A stretch of DNA of 6,708 bases, from contig JADGIF010000553.1 of the NCBI GenBank assembly GCA_018985225.1, positions 1 to 6,708 on the forward strand. Reading direction: 5' to 3'. This document shows, piece after piece, positions 6,544-6,708 of this stretch. The notes under the pieces are model-generated. The model did no database searches and had not been told where the DNA came from. It saw only the letters and a program-made list of their open reading frames with translations. The stretch is from Amoeboradix gromovi X-113. Lineage: Eukaryota; Fungi; Sanchytriomycota. Both the position numbers and the translations under genes were made by a program. The stretch's first letter is position 1; every line of letters starts with the position of its first letter.

Positions 6544-6708
6544 CCTGCAGGTACTCCCATGCAGCTCGATTGTTTTCTTGAATAAATCATTTATCGCGAA
6601 TTTGTATATATTTTTGTATCATTTCAAGACTTTTCTAATAGCCTAAATACTAGATATTCTTCCTTTTCGCAAATGGTAAATCAATTCTAAATCGTGAGAA
6701 CACTCTAA

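Larger units (their letters stand above)
4627..6600 (-). mobile_element. Non-autonomous Fanzor1-carrying element (no transposase in the window; ends approximate)
   Basis: Fanzor gene plus a structured 3' end. Composition shifts across it: 32/60 GC at 6001-6060 versus 21/60 at 3061-3120 in the host gene, returning to AT-rich after about 6570. No convincing TIR pair or TSD was found. Confidence 0.6.

Noticed and set aside
6505-6554. 50-nt GT-AG intron (ATG GGA|GTACC...TTCTAG|TGC) that would bypass the first nonsense codon
   Set aside because: It is formally in frame but lacks a branch-point consensus. The removed stretch encodes a plausible Fanzor N-terminus (KPFF-x-CIKTSLK), and the downstream lesions remain.
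6570-6708. Left TIR or TSD matching the right end (shared TCAATTCT at 6681-6688 versus the minus strand at 4646-4639)
   Set aside because: An 8-nt AT-rich match is too weak, and the window ends here, so the boundary cannot be fixed.
1-6708. CRISPR array, tRNA/rRNA, or a prokaryotic IS200/IS605 context
   Set aside because: No repeat-spacer pattern, tRNA consensus or TnpA was seen. The karyopherin and the spliceosomal intron indicate a eukaryotic locus.

Overview
This is a eukaryotic window in the standard genetic code, from a very compact, AT-rich genome (fungal- or protist-like). Two host genes lie on the minus strand only 35 bp apart: a divergent exportin-7/RanBP17-like karyopherin (1517-4180) and a Zn-type methionine-R-sulfoxide reductase MsrB (4216-4603). 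The ORF track splits MsrB because it carries a 19-nt GT-AG intron (4407-4425). Two dissimilar, decayed Fanzor1/TnpB-family RNA-guided nuclease genes flank the pair and point inward. One is AT-rich and heavily eroded (+ strand, 1-1283, missed by the ORF track). The other is GC-richer and near full length (- strand, 6543-4764), with all three RuvC acidic residues and the Zn finger still readable. Each is followed directly by a base-paired non-coding segment where an omega-RNA scaffold is expected (1306-1446 + and about 4763-4627 -). The second segment ends about 25 nt before the MsrB start codon. All family assignments come from motif recognition by eye; no searches were run.
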